Assembly: GCA_937625935.1 (NCBI GenBank)
Contig: OW569348.1
Location: forward strand, 310,001 to 374,000
DNA: 64,000 nucleotides
Reading direction: 5' to 3'
Origin: Tetramitus jugosus
Taxonomy: Eukaryota > Protista > Heterolobosea
A program made the translations under genes and the position numbers. Shown here piece by piece: positions 54,226-64,000 of the stretch (positions within the stretch are counted from its first letter, which is position 1; every line of letters begins with the position of its first letter). The notes beneath the pieces were generated by a model. The model saw only the letters and a program-made list of their open reading frames with translations. It did not search any database and was not told the origin of the DNA.

Positions 54226-56199
54226 TTAGGGAGCTTTTCCAGTCTGTAGTTGCCACTTGTAGTACTCGCCTCTCTCTGGATGAACAGGATACGTGAATAT
54301 AATTTCCAATTCCATGTCTTCCTCCAGAACACCATTCTTGAAATCTTCGTCTTCAATTGGTCGTTCCAATCGATCCCACAGACGGAAGACGGAATGAACA
54401 TCTCCAACAGCAGGTACATGGTCCGAGTATAGCGTCAAGATCTTTTGATAGAGCGAGTCCAGGTTCTGTTCAGTAGGCTTCAGGTACACGTACTTCATGT
54501 AGAATTCACCACGTGGACGAACTCGCACGGCAAGCTCTCCGACTTGTTTCTGTGCCTTCTTCTGCTCATGTCCAACCATGTTTCCATACATTGCTCTCTG
54601 ATAATCAGCCACACGAATACAGAGACGGCAAGATGAGTGAACAATTGCTCTATCCACAACAGCATTAAAATCCGCTGAAGGTCCATCCTTCTTCCACTGT
54701 AAAAACTCTTGATATTTGGCGTCGTCTCTGTCCAGACTCAACAAGAATTCTGCGAGGTACTTGGTCGAATTGAAGCTCGACACGTTGATAACAGATTTGG
54801 CACTAGGAGCAAATTTCATAACATTGGGCGCACCGAGATACACTGGAATACTGCCAGAAGAAAGCGTACCAAACAGTTTTTCAGTCACATAGTCATCTGT
54901 CTCACTGTTCTCTGCAGCAAACGTAAACTTGTACGTTGAAGTGACTGCAGTCTTTTGATCCAAGTACCCACCGCGAAACTCTGGTGGTATTGCTGCATTG
55001 GTCATGCATCTACCAAACGAGTGCACAGTCACACCATAACTCATCAAATCCTTCAATATTTGCAATCTCTTCTGAGATGAACAATTGGAGATGAAGGCTG
55101 CCATCATTGCACCTCCAGTCTTTGGCTTTGGTTGCATCATGTAATTGTACTCTGCCCAACTATAGTAGGGAACAGGAATATCAGAGTTGAGTCTCGTTGT
55201 ACCGACCAACGTCCTTCCGTCTCCTCTCATTGAATCCATTGGAATGTTCTCCATCGAATACGAGTAGTGTTTGGTGTGAGGACAGTCATGAGATGATCCA
55301 CCTCTTCCCGTAGACACATCAGGCGGGTACTCTGACTGATGACCAGTACTGATACATCTCACTGCACAACCCTTCCACTCATCTGAAAAGAGACCAGCCA
55401 CACGAACTGGATTGACACGATAGTCTCTGTCCAGTGTGTGACCACATCCCTTGTCATTCTTTTGCAAGTCTTGCTCCGATTGCATTTTGTTGACCTTGAT
55501 CATGTGTTCATCAAACTTGGAAGGTTTCTTTAGTACGATAGGATCTCTATAATAGTGCTTACTATTGTTCTTATTGTTCCGATCATTCTGTTTGGTGTTG
55601 GCAGCAACAGGAATAGTCGTTTTTGTCTGTTGTTGTGGTTGATCATCTAGTTGCAAGACATTGCCTGTATCGTCATCATTGTTGTTGTTGCTATTGACCT
55701 TGTTAACAGTAGTCTTGTCTTCGCTCTTCTTATTATTATTGTGATTGTCGTTCTTATTGTTCATATTATTGTCGTTATTGTCGTTATTATTATTATTCAT
55801 ATTATTGTTGTTGTTCATATCACCAGCGAGTTTGCCTGGTTCAATATGACCTTCATCGACTCGCTTCATGGCTTCCAACAGTTGTGTCAATGTTTTGGAA
55901 GAGTCAATATTGAGAAATTTGTGCTCGACATAGGACAATATTCCACCACCATTTCCACCATTGTTATTGTTTTTGTTGATGACATTGTAGTTGTTGACTG
56001 CATTGAAAAAGATGAAAAAATTGAGAATGAAGAAAACAAGGGCAAACAGGAGGAGAACATGTAGAAAGCTAAAGCATGATTGTTGTTTGCTATTGTGACG
56101 ACTACTATTGCTATTGATTGGGGCAGTAGCTCTCGTGTTGTGCGTGGTGGGCCGATGGATCGGCAGTGTTGGTGATTTGGAAGAACTGCTCGTGTACAT
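54226..56199 (-). CDS. Alpha-1,3-fucosyltransferase (GT10), core FucT-like
   Basis: Type II TM and N-rich stem; SDIPVPYYSWAEY, AAFISNC, YKFTFAAENSETDDYVTEKLF, IPVYLG and HSSCRLC. Confidence 0.92.
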   Translation of the reverse strand: MYTSSSSKSPTLPIHRPTTHNTRATAPINSNSSRHNSKQQSCFSFLHVLLLFALVFFILNFFIFFNAVNNYNVINKNNNNGGNGGGILSYVEHKFLNIDSSKTLTQLLEAMKRVDEGHIEPGKLAGDMNNNNNMNNNNNDNNDNNMNNKNDNHNNNKKSEDKTTVNKVNSNNNNDDDTGNVLQLDDQPQQQTKTTIPVAANTKQNDRNNKNNSKHYYRDPIVLKKPSKFDEHMIKVNKMQSEQDLQKNDKGCGHTLDRDYRVNPVRVAGLFSDEWKGCAVRCISTGHQSEYPPDVSTGRGGSSHDCPHTKHYSYSMENIPMDSMRGDGRTLVGTTRLNSDIPVPYYSWAEYNYMMQPKPKTGGAMMAAFISNCSSQKRLQILKDLMSYGVTVHSFGRCMTNAAIPPEFRGGYLDQKTAVTSTYKFTFAAENSETDDYVTEKLFGTLSSGSIPVYLGAPNVMKFAPSAKSVINVSSFNSTKYLAEFLLSLDRDDAKYQEFLQWKKDGPSADFNAVVDRAIVHSSCRLCIRVADYQRAMYGNMVGHEQKKAQKQVGELAVRVRPRGEFYMKYVYLKPTEQNLDSLYQKILTLYSDHVPAVGDVHSVFRLWDRLERPIEDEDFKNGVLEEDMELEIIFTYPVHPERGEYYKWQLQTGKAP

Positions 56200-56460
56200 G
56201 CTTTGTGATGTTGAAAGCTTTTTTTTTGGAGTTCAAAAGACTGAGAAATAATACACTGATGATGAAACGACGATATCTTGTGTGACGACGTGAAAGCTTG
56301 TTTCTCAAGCGAAAAGCGCGCTTTGTGTTATTCACCCGCTCCTACCCACTTCCTTAACTAATCCATCGGACTTTTATTGGTCTCTTTCAAACTCTTCGAA
56401 TCAAAGAATCGGAGAAAAATATTCAACGAAACAACAACTGAATCAACAGCGGTAAACAAA

Positions 56461-58263
56461 ATGGTGAAGAGATCGCATTTTCTGATAGCGTTCGTGACAC
56501 TTGTTGTCCTGGTCAATCTCTACATCTTCTCTCCCTTCCGTCCCTTCTCCAGCCCTAACGAAGATGACCTCGCCAAAATTTCTCCGATTATCGTCTCTCG
56601 AGATCCACCACCACAACCACCACAGAATGATCCACACCAACAACAAGAACAAGAACAGCAACCAAATCAAGATTTAAAAGCGATACAATCTGATTTATCA
56701 TCGTGTCAACTCGTTCATAAGCTAAAATTTGTCTTGATTGACACCAAAGACACGCATGACAAGGTTCGATTGCTCATTGGCTCCATTCATCAACATTACA
56801 AGAAGAATGTCAAGATTTATGTGTATGGATTGAATCTGAATGATGTGATTCAAGATGAAATTTTGTTGTGGGAGCATGTCACTTATTTTGATTTGGAAAA
56901 GGAGTTTGTAACGTCGTCCAAGGCTGATCAATCCTCTGGTCACTTGGATGAAAAGTGGTGGAGGTCGATTGTGATTTATGATGCGTTGGAAAGAGCGGGA
57001 AAAGTCTTATTTTTGAGCTCTGATTTGAAATTGGATGGAGAATTGCCTAGAGAGGTGATTGAGACTGTGGAGAAGAAGGGTGCTTATTTTGCGAGTGTCA
57101 ATTCAGAAGTGGTGATTGATTATCGTTCGTCAGGTGCATCGTTGGACAATACTGAACACTTTTTGAACTCGCACATCAATGCAGACTTGCAGGGCTATTC
57201 GCTCAACTCGGATGCGTACAAGCACTTTTTGTTGCCTCATATCGAATGTGCGAGAAGACAATGTGTGAACAAGGAGTTGTTCATGCTCAATAAGGACTGG
57301 AGAGTGTCATCCATGAGCAATGAGGAGAAGGAAGCGATGCAAATCCGAGCATTGCCATCAAATATTCGCCCCATGGACGCAAACAAGGACAAGAATGCGC
57401 AATGTTACATTATCAATCGAGAAGACTTTATTCATACGTATAAGCAACTGCCTGGTACACCAAACAAGTCTTGGGAAGTGTCCGTCACGACGAATCAAGC
57501 CAGATCGACAGAATTGAAGGACAAGACACTGATTGCGCTCGGATTCCCAAGTACGTCCAAGGGAAACAGACAACCGTCCATTCACAACCTTCCACTCACA
57601 AAGGTTTTTATTCCTACATTGTTGCCAACACTGAATCCAGACAAGGATCGATTCCATTACATCATGTATATGGGATTCGATGAAGGTGACTCGTTCTATG
57701 ACGTTCCAGAGAACAGAGAAGCTCTCAGAAATCATGTCAAAGCCATGACCGCTGGTTATCCAATCGAGTTCAGAATGATTCGTGTTGTCAATTCAAATGG
57801 CTGGGTTCCATTCATTTGGAATGCACTGTTCCAGCACTCCATGGACGATGGCTGCGAATACTTTTATCAATTGAATGACGATATCAAGTTCATTACACCA
57901 GGTTGGGCCACTGCTTTCGTCTCCACACTCAAGAGCAGCAAACTGGGAGAGAATGTCGGTGTGACTGGTCCTCTTGATCAAGGCAATCGCAACATTCTCA
58001 CACAAGCATTCGTTCACAGAAGACACAATGACATATTTGGCTTCTTGTATCCCTATGTTTTCAGGAATTGGTACAGTGATGACTGGATCACTCGAGTTTA
58101 TGAGGATATTGGTGGATTGCTGCGTCGACATGACTATGCTGTTCACAATGTGCAGAGCTTTGGTACCAGATATCACGTGTGTGATCACAATGCCATGTTG
58201 GCTTCTTCGTTGGCACTCGGCAGAGAACGAATCAAAAATTGGAGAGAAACCTATGTCCAGTAA
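56461..58263 (+). CDS. Type II membrane glycosyltransferase-like protein with two putative GT modules
   Basis: N-terminal TM. Module 1: LIGSIHQHY...IYVYGLNL...WWRSIVIYDAL. Module 2: WNALFQ...YFYQLNDDI...TQAFVHR...NWYSDDWIT (GT-A-like). Confidence 0.7.
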   Translation: MVKRSHFLIAFVTLVVLVNLYIFSPFRPFSSPNEDDLAKISPIIVSRDPPPQPPQNDPHQQQEQEQQPNQDLKAIQSDLSSCQLVHKLKFVLIDTKDTHDKVRLLIGSIHQHYKKNVKIYVYGLNLNDVIQDEILLWEHVTYFDLEKEFVTSSKADQSSGHLDEKWWRSIVIYDALERAGKVLFLSSDLKLDGELPREVIETVEKKGAYFASVNSEVVIDYRSSGASLDNTEHFLNSHINADLQGYSLNSDAYKHFLLPHIECARRQCVNKELFMLNKDWRVSSMSNEEKEAMQIRALPSNIRPMDANKDKNAQCYIINREDFIHTYKQLPGTPNKSWEVSVTTNQARSTELKDKTLIALGFPSTSKGNRQPSIHNLPLTKVFIPTLLPTLNPDKDRFHYIMYMGFDEGDSFYDVPENREALRNHVKAMTAGYPIEFRMIRVVNSNGWVPFIWNALFQHSMDDGCEYFYQLNDDIKFITPGWATAFVSTLKSSKLGENVGVTGPLDQGNRNILTQAFVHRRHNDIFGFLYPYVFRNWYSDDWITRVYEDIGGLLRRHDYAVHNVQSFGTRYHVCDHNAMLASSLALGRERIKNWRETYVQ

Positions 58264-58402
58264 CTGAGACACAACAATAGAGCTAAAATGCCAGAGAAAT
58301 GGAAGAAACATTCTCTGCTTGTACATCATAAAAACATTATCTCTTGTTCGCGACTCTACAATAGATCTATTGCAGCTGTGTAATCATGATCATACAGTTT
58401 GA

Positions 58403-58939
58403 CTATTGTAGATTCACCAATTTTTTGAGCTGTGTGATCCAATCTTGAATCACTTGTAATCCTCCACTAGAACTAGCACCGCCACCACCGCTGCTCATTA
58501 ATCTCAATGGAGCAAACGGCTCAAACAAATGAGTCAAATTGCGATGATATCCCTGATAAAACTTGTACGTCACCACAAATGCATAATAAACTGCAAAAAC
58601 CATGAGACCAATCTTGTAGTTGACCAATGGATCATCATCCTTAGTATTGACAGAAGTCGTATTCGAAGATGATGCAGTAGGTTGTAAATTTCTTGTTTTT
58701 CGTTTCACAATAGAGTAAATGATTCGAAGAATGGGATCACCCAGAGGAAGCACAATCATTTGTTTGATCAATGATTGAACAAGTGGAATGACGAACAGTG
58801 AAGAAGAAGAAGATTGGTGTGATGATGTTGATGATGATTGGGTGGTGGACATGAGTTGATGATGGTATGTTGAGCGTTGTTGTTGTTGTTGTAGCACCCT
58901 GGGTGTCACCATCAATGATGATTGTTGTTTGTCATTCAT
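58403..58939 (-). CDS. Hypothetical single-TM protein
   Basis: 178-aa ORF with a Q/S-rich N-terminus and one TM segment (IGLMVFAVYYAFVVTY). Confidence 0.6.
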   Translation of the reverse strand: MNDKQQSSLMVTPRVLQQQQQRSTYHHQLMSTTQSSSTSSHQSSSSSLFVIPLVQSLIKQMIVLPLGDPILRIIYSIVKRKTRNLQPTASSSNTTSVNTKDDDPLVNYKIGLMVFAVYYAFVVTYKFYQGYHRNLTHLFEPFAPLRLMSSGGGGASSSGGLQVIQDWITQLKKLVNLQ

Positions 58940-59029
58940 TTTGTTTTTCGAACGGTTGTTTTAGATAAGTTTTCAGGTCAAGTCGCGACTGGAAGAAAAC
59001 TTCTTTTCACACCACACAGAACACATAAC

Positions 59030-59779
59030 ATGCCTCAACAGCACATCAATGACGAAGAGAAGATTGATGTCCCATCTTTTGAGGAAAATACTGAGAGATT
59101 GAAAGAGTGGCTCTTTGATTCCTTTGCGAATCATAGTGTAAACAACAACAACAATAGTCAAGAACAGCAGTCATTCACATCCACTGCGCTCAATCATCCA
59201 TTGACTCAAGCATCATCGCCCAAACAACTCAAAAAACTCATTCAAAAGTATTGCAATCGCTCAAAAGTCAGAGAAATTCAAGTCGCATTCGAAAATTGTC
59301 ACTCGGAGAGATATAGAGCATACTATGCGATACCAAAGAGTGCGTTTCATAGTAAGAATGAACAAATTGATGAAAAGAATCATCACATGGATATCAATAA
59401 TCATAACGAGTCAATGGTCGGAGGGAGAATCGTACTGTGCGCAGATAAGATTAAAACGAGACAAGAGTTTGAAACAGTGTTGACTCATGAGCTCATGCAC
59501 ATGTTTGATCACTGTTCGTGGAATGCAAACTTTAGGAGTGAAGAAGAGTTGACTTGCAGTGAATTGAGAGCTTCAGCAGTGGGTGAATGTGTTCCGCGAA
59601 GACGGAAACTACAGCAGCCTTCGATGGCAGAGCATGAAAAGTGTGCAAAGCTGCATGCAATCAAGAATATGCAAGGGTATGGCCACAGTAAGCAAAAGAG
59701 TGAGGAATTGGTTCGGAATGCATTCCACAAGTGCTACCAGCACCTTTTGTTGCAACCAGCAACATCCGGAATATCGTAG
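59030..59779 (+). CDS. ATP23: Mitochondrial inner membrane protease ATP23 (peptidase M76)
   Basis: IVLCAD, LTHELMHMFDHC, CSELRAS..GEC, HEKC and FHKCY; ATG at 59030. Confidence 0.88.
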   Translation: MPQQHINDEEKIDVPSFEENTERLKEWLFDSFANHSVNNNNNSQEQQSFTSTALNHPLTQASSPKQLKKLIQKYCNRSKVREIQVAFENCHSERYRAYYAIPKSAFHSKNEQIDEKNHHMDINNHNESMVGGRIVLCADKIKTRQEFETVLTHELMHMFDHCSWNANFRSEEELTCSELRASAVGECVPRRRKLQQPSMAEHEKCAKLHAIKNMQGYGHSKQKSEELVRNAFHKCYQHLLLQPATSGIS

Positions 59780-59842
59780 AAATCTGTTTCTCCGGTGCAG
59801 CGAGATCAAATAAACAAATTCTTCACACAAAAAAGAACAACA

Positions 59843-60439
59843 ATGTTGGTAGGTAATCAACTGTTCACTCGATAGATCTCAGTGTTTGCAAGACTCATGT
59901 TATTGACACCTACGACGATCACTTGCATTTTTTTTTCAACTATACAGAGAACCACTGCCATTCAATTACTCAAGAAGCAACAACCACAAAAGCCAGTCTT
60001 TGTTTGTGGACGATTCTTCTCCACTGCCACACTGCGTAGTCAACAAGAGTCACACAATGACTTTAAGCCAAAATCAAAGCTCACTGATGCAGAGATTATC
60101 GAAAAGAAGATTGAAGAATATCAAACAGAGATTGACAAGGAAGTCAAGGAGAATTCCATCTTTTTGTACATGAAGGGCAATCCACAAGCACCTCAATGTG
60201 GTTTCTCTCGTGCTGTTGCCACTGTTTTGGCACAGTACAATTATGAGTATGGATCAGATGACATGAACGCCAATGTGTTAAAGAAGGAAGCTCTGAAAAA
60301 GTACAGTGATTGGCCAACGATTCCTCAATTGTTTGTCAAGGGAGAGCTCGTCGGTGGATGCGATATTGTTGTTGGTTTGCACAGAGATGGCGAATTGGAG
60401 CAAATTCTCAAGGATTCTGGCGCCCAAAAGAAGCAGTAA
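59843..60439 (+). CDS. GRX5: Mitochondrial monothiol glutaredoxin Grx5, 2 exons; intron 59849-59947
   Basis: YMKGNPQAPQCGFS and KKYSDWPTIPQLFVKGELVGGCD. An ATG-TTG micro-exon spliced to RTTAIQ gives a presequence. Confidence 0.92.
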
Positions 60440-60475
60440 ACGTGTTTTATCGTTGTTTTTTGTCAGACAGCTAGC

Positions 60476-61138
60476 TTATGCTTGTTGGTCGTCTTGTTGT
60501 TGTTGGGTTTGCAACCGTGCATTGCGTTGATTGTACAATTCATCTGCCAAGCTCTTACCAATGTTGGTCTGGAACTTGGATTGAGTCGTCTTGAAGAAGG
60601 AAGGCAAATGCTTGTTCTGATCCACTTCGTACTCATCTGCTTGCAATATCATGTCAAACTTATCAAAGTCCTTGACTAACTTTGCCTCTGGTGTCTCATT
60701 GTTCTCATACTCCATGAACAAGTCGAGCATTTCATGAACTACATTTGCAAACTCTTGATCATCATTGTTTGTCTCCAACTGCAATCCCTTCAATAGCTCT
60801 CTTCTCAAATGTTCAATCGCATTCCACTCTCTCTTGTGCTTATCATCCTCCGAAACACCATCAAACGGCGTAATATCTCCGACAATCGATTCAGCAAGGT
60901 CATGAACGAGACACATCTTGAGACATCGTTCTCTATTGACGTTGGCACATGGTGGAATCATCATACTCATGATGGACATTCTCCACATGTGACTCGCAAC
61001 GGTTTCTGGTTGATTGATTTGACTGTTGACCCATCCTGTGCGCAACAAGTGCTTTAGCTTGTTGATTTGTCTCAGGAATTGGATCATGTTTTTCACCTGA
61101 GTTGGTGTGAGATGTTGTTGTTGTTCTTGTTGTTGCAT
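60476..61138 (-). CDS. HDDC2: HD domain 5'-deoxynucleotidase (HDDC2/YfbR-like)
   Basis: LKHLLRTGWV, ETVASHMWRM, HDLAESIVGDITP and VKDFDKFDM; ATG at 61138. Confidence 0.9.
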   Translation of the reverse strand: MQQQEQQQHLTPTQVKNMIQFLRQINKLKHLLRTGWVNSQINQPETVASHMWRMSIMSMMIPPCANVNRERCLKMCLVHDLAESIVGDITPFDGVSEDDKHKREWNAIEHLRRELLKGLQLETNNDDQEFANVVHEMLDLFMEYENNETPEAKLVKDFDKFDMILQADEYEVDQNKHLPSFFKTTQSKFQTNIGKSLADELYNQRNARLQTQQQQDDQQA

Positions 61139-61270
61139 ATTCTTTGTTTTGGTTGTTGATTTTCTAGGGTTGTTGTTTCGTTCTTGAAGTTTTTTTTCTC
61201 CGACCAAAATTTGAAGGAGAAAGAGATAACAACTATTGTATTGAAAACATTGCTCAATCAAAGACTTCAT

Positions 61271-62871
<1,601 letters not shown>

Positions 62872-62914
62872 TTAGATTTTCGAGTGTTGATTTTTATTGT
62901 ACCAGATACGACAT

Positions 62915-64000
62915 TTAGAGTACGTATGGAATGTAAACGTATGGAACGATCTTGCAGTACTTGACCCAATCTTCCTTGTACTTGGCAGCACATCTGGTTT
63001 GATCTCTGTGGTTTCTGTGAATGATCATACCAGTGAAGAAGCAGAAGTAGAAGTATGGGATGAAGGAACTGAATCCACATACCAAACCCCACAACAGAGC
63101 CATAACGATATCACAAGTGTAGTGAATCTTTCTGGCGTATGCCCACCATCCATCAATCAACAACTTGCTTCCAACCTTGGTGTCCAAGCTCTTTGGGTTG
63201 TGCAAAGTACTCCATGGCAATTGTGGGAAAGTGTTTCTTGGCTTGTATGTGTTGTTCAACATCATACGGAATCTGTTACGTTGAGCTTGAGCAGTATCCC
63301 AAATGTAGTAGACAAAGAACAAGACAAGGAAGCAAATGGCCAAGAATGGGAATCCAGGAACATAGATCTCACCACCCTTCTTCATCAAGTACATGGAACC
63401 AAAGCAGTAGACGAATGGAACACCAGCCAAGTTCCAGAAAATGAGCAACCATCCCCACTTTTCATAAAAGATATCCCAAGAGGTAATGACACACTCTTCA
63501 CCCTTCATGATGGCATTGGCGTACAAAAAGTGAGCAGTCATCATGAACATCATGGAACCGCTGACGTAACCTTGTTGCTCATACATTTTGCATGCAGCAG
63601 AGCATGTCAACAAGAAGAGAACAATCCAAGACAATCTAGCCTCAGTGAACATCTTCAAATCGACAGTACCGATTCTAGGGTTCAAAGCAGCACCCATGAA
63701 ATAATCATAGATAAAATTGCCGCTCATTCTGTGTTGTCTGCCCTTTGCAATCGTAATGGTGTACACCAAGAAGGCAACAATGTTGGAGAAGATCATGGCA
63801 ACGGTCAAAATAGGAGCAAAGTGATCCATCAAGACAGTCAATGGCAAAATACCGGTAAAGTGGAGAGCAGGCACAGTCACCAATGTAACGTACCACACTT
63901 GAATGGCATTACAATTGTACTCCAACTTTTTTCCGCCTTCGTGAGGCAATGGCAATCCATAGTGCTTGAATCCTGGGAGCCAAGCAGCCAACAGGTATTG
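62915..64000 (-). CDS. ERG4: Sterol C-24(28) reductase, ERG4/ERG24 family (5' end outside window)
   Basis: DYFMGAALNPR, YANAIMKGEE, WDIFYEKWGWLLIFWNLAGVP, LLIDGWWAYARKIHY and CAAKYKEDW. Confidence 0.9.
   Translation of the reverse strand, partial: QYLLAAWLPGFKHYGLPLPHEGGKKLEYNCNAIQVWYVTLVTVPALHFTGILPLTVLMDHFAPILTVAMIFSNIVAFLVYTITIAKGRQHRMSGNFIYDYFMGAALNPRIGTVDLKMFTEARLSWIVLFLLTCSAACKMYEQQGYVSGSMMFMMTAHFLYANAIMKGEECVITSWDIFYEKWGWLLIFWNLAGVPFVYCFGSMYLMKKGGEIYVPGFPFLAICFLVLFFVYYIWDTAQAQRNRFRMMLNNTYKPRNTFPQLPWSTLHNPKSLDTKVGSKLLIDGWWAYARKIHYTCDIVMALLWGLVCGFSSFIPYFYFCFFTGMIIHRNHRDQTRCAAKYKEDWVKYCKIVPYVYIPYVL

Overview
A gene-dense, intron-poor nuclear segment of a microbial eukaryote. Introns are spliceosomal (GTATGT/GTACGT...CTAAC...YAG), many proteins carry poly-Q/N tracts, and RWP-RK and Zn2Cys6 transcription factors are present. 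This content, plus a eukaryotic GspF, suggests a Naegleria-like heterolobosean; that assignment is inference. About 35 apparently intact protein genes include Arp3, CapZ-beta, Derlin, P5A-ATPase, eEFSec, CCT, oligopeptidase B, AlkB, OsmC, LOG, ATP23, Grx5, HDDC2, thiolase, ERG4 and two glycosyltransferases. There are two tRNA genes, Ala-AGC and Gln-TTG. Positions ~1.4-7.2 kb are a decayed accessory zone: a LINE RT remnant, a dirigent-like gene, GT32/F-box and SAM-HD pseudogenes, a piggyBac remnant and a truncated LINE. Highlights: (1) a type II secretion GspF/PilC homologue whose N-extension carries a PTS2-like nonapeptide rather than a classical mitochondrial presequence; (2) a 5'-truncated non-LTR retroelement with a perfect 15-bp TSD, poly(A) and a 3' hairpin, inserted head-to-head 43 bp upstream of tRNA-Ala, like Dictyostelium TRE5; (3) a single-chain Mre11/SbcD-Rad50/SbcC fusion; (4) a PanB-PanE fusion. 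All family calls come from motif recognition by eye; no searches were run.
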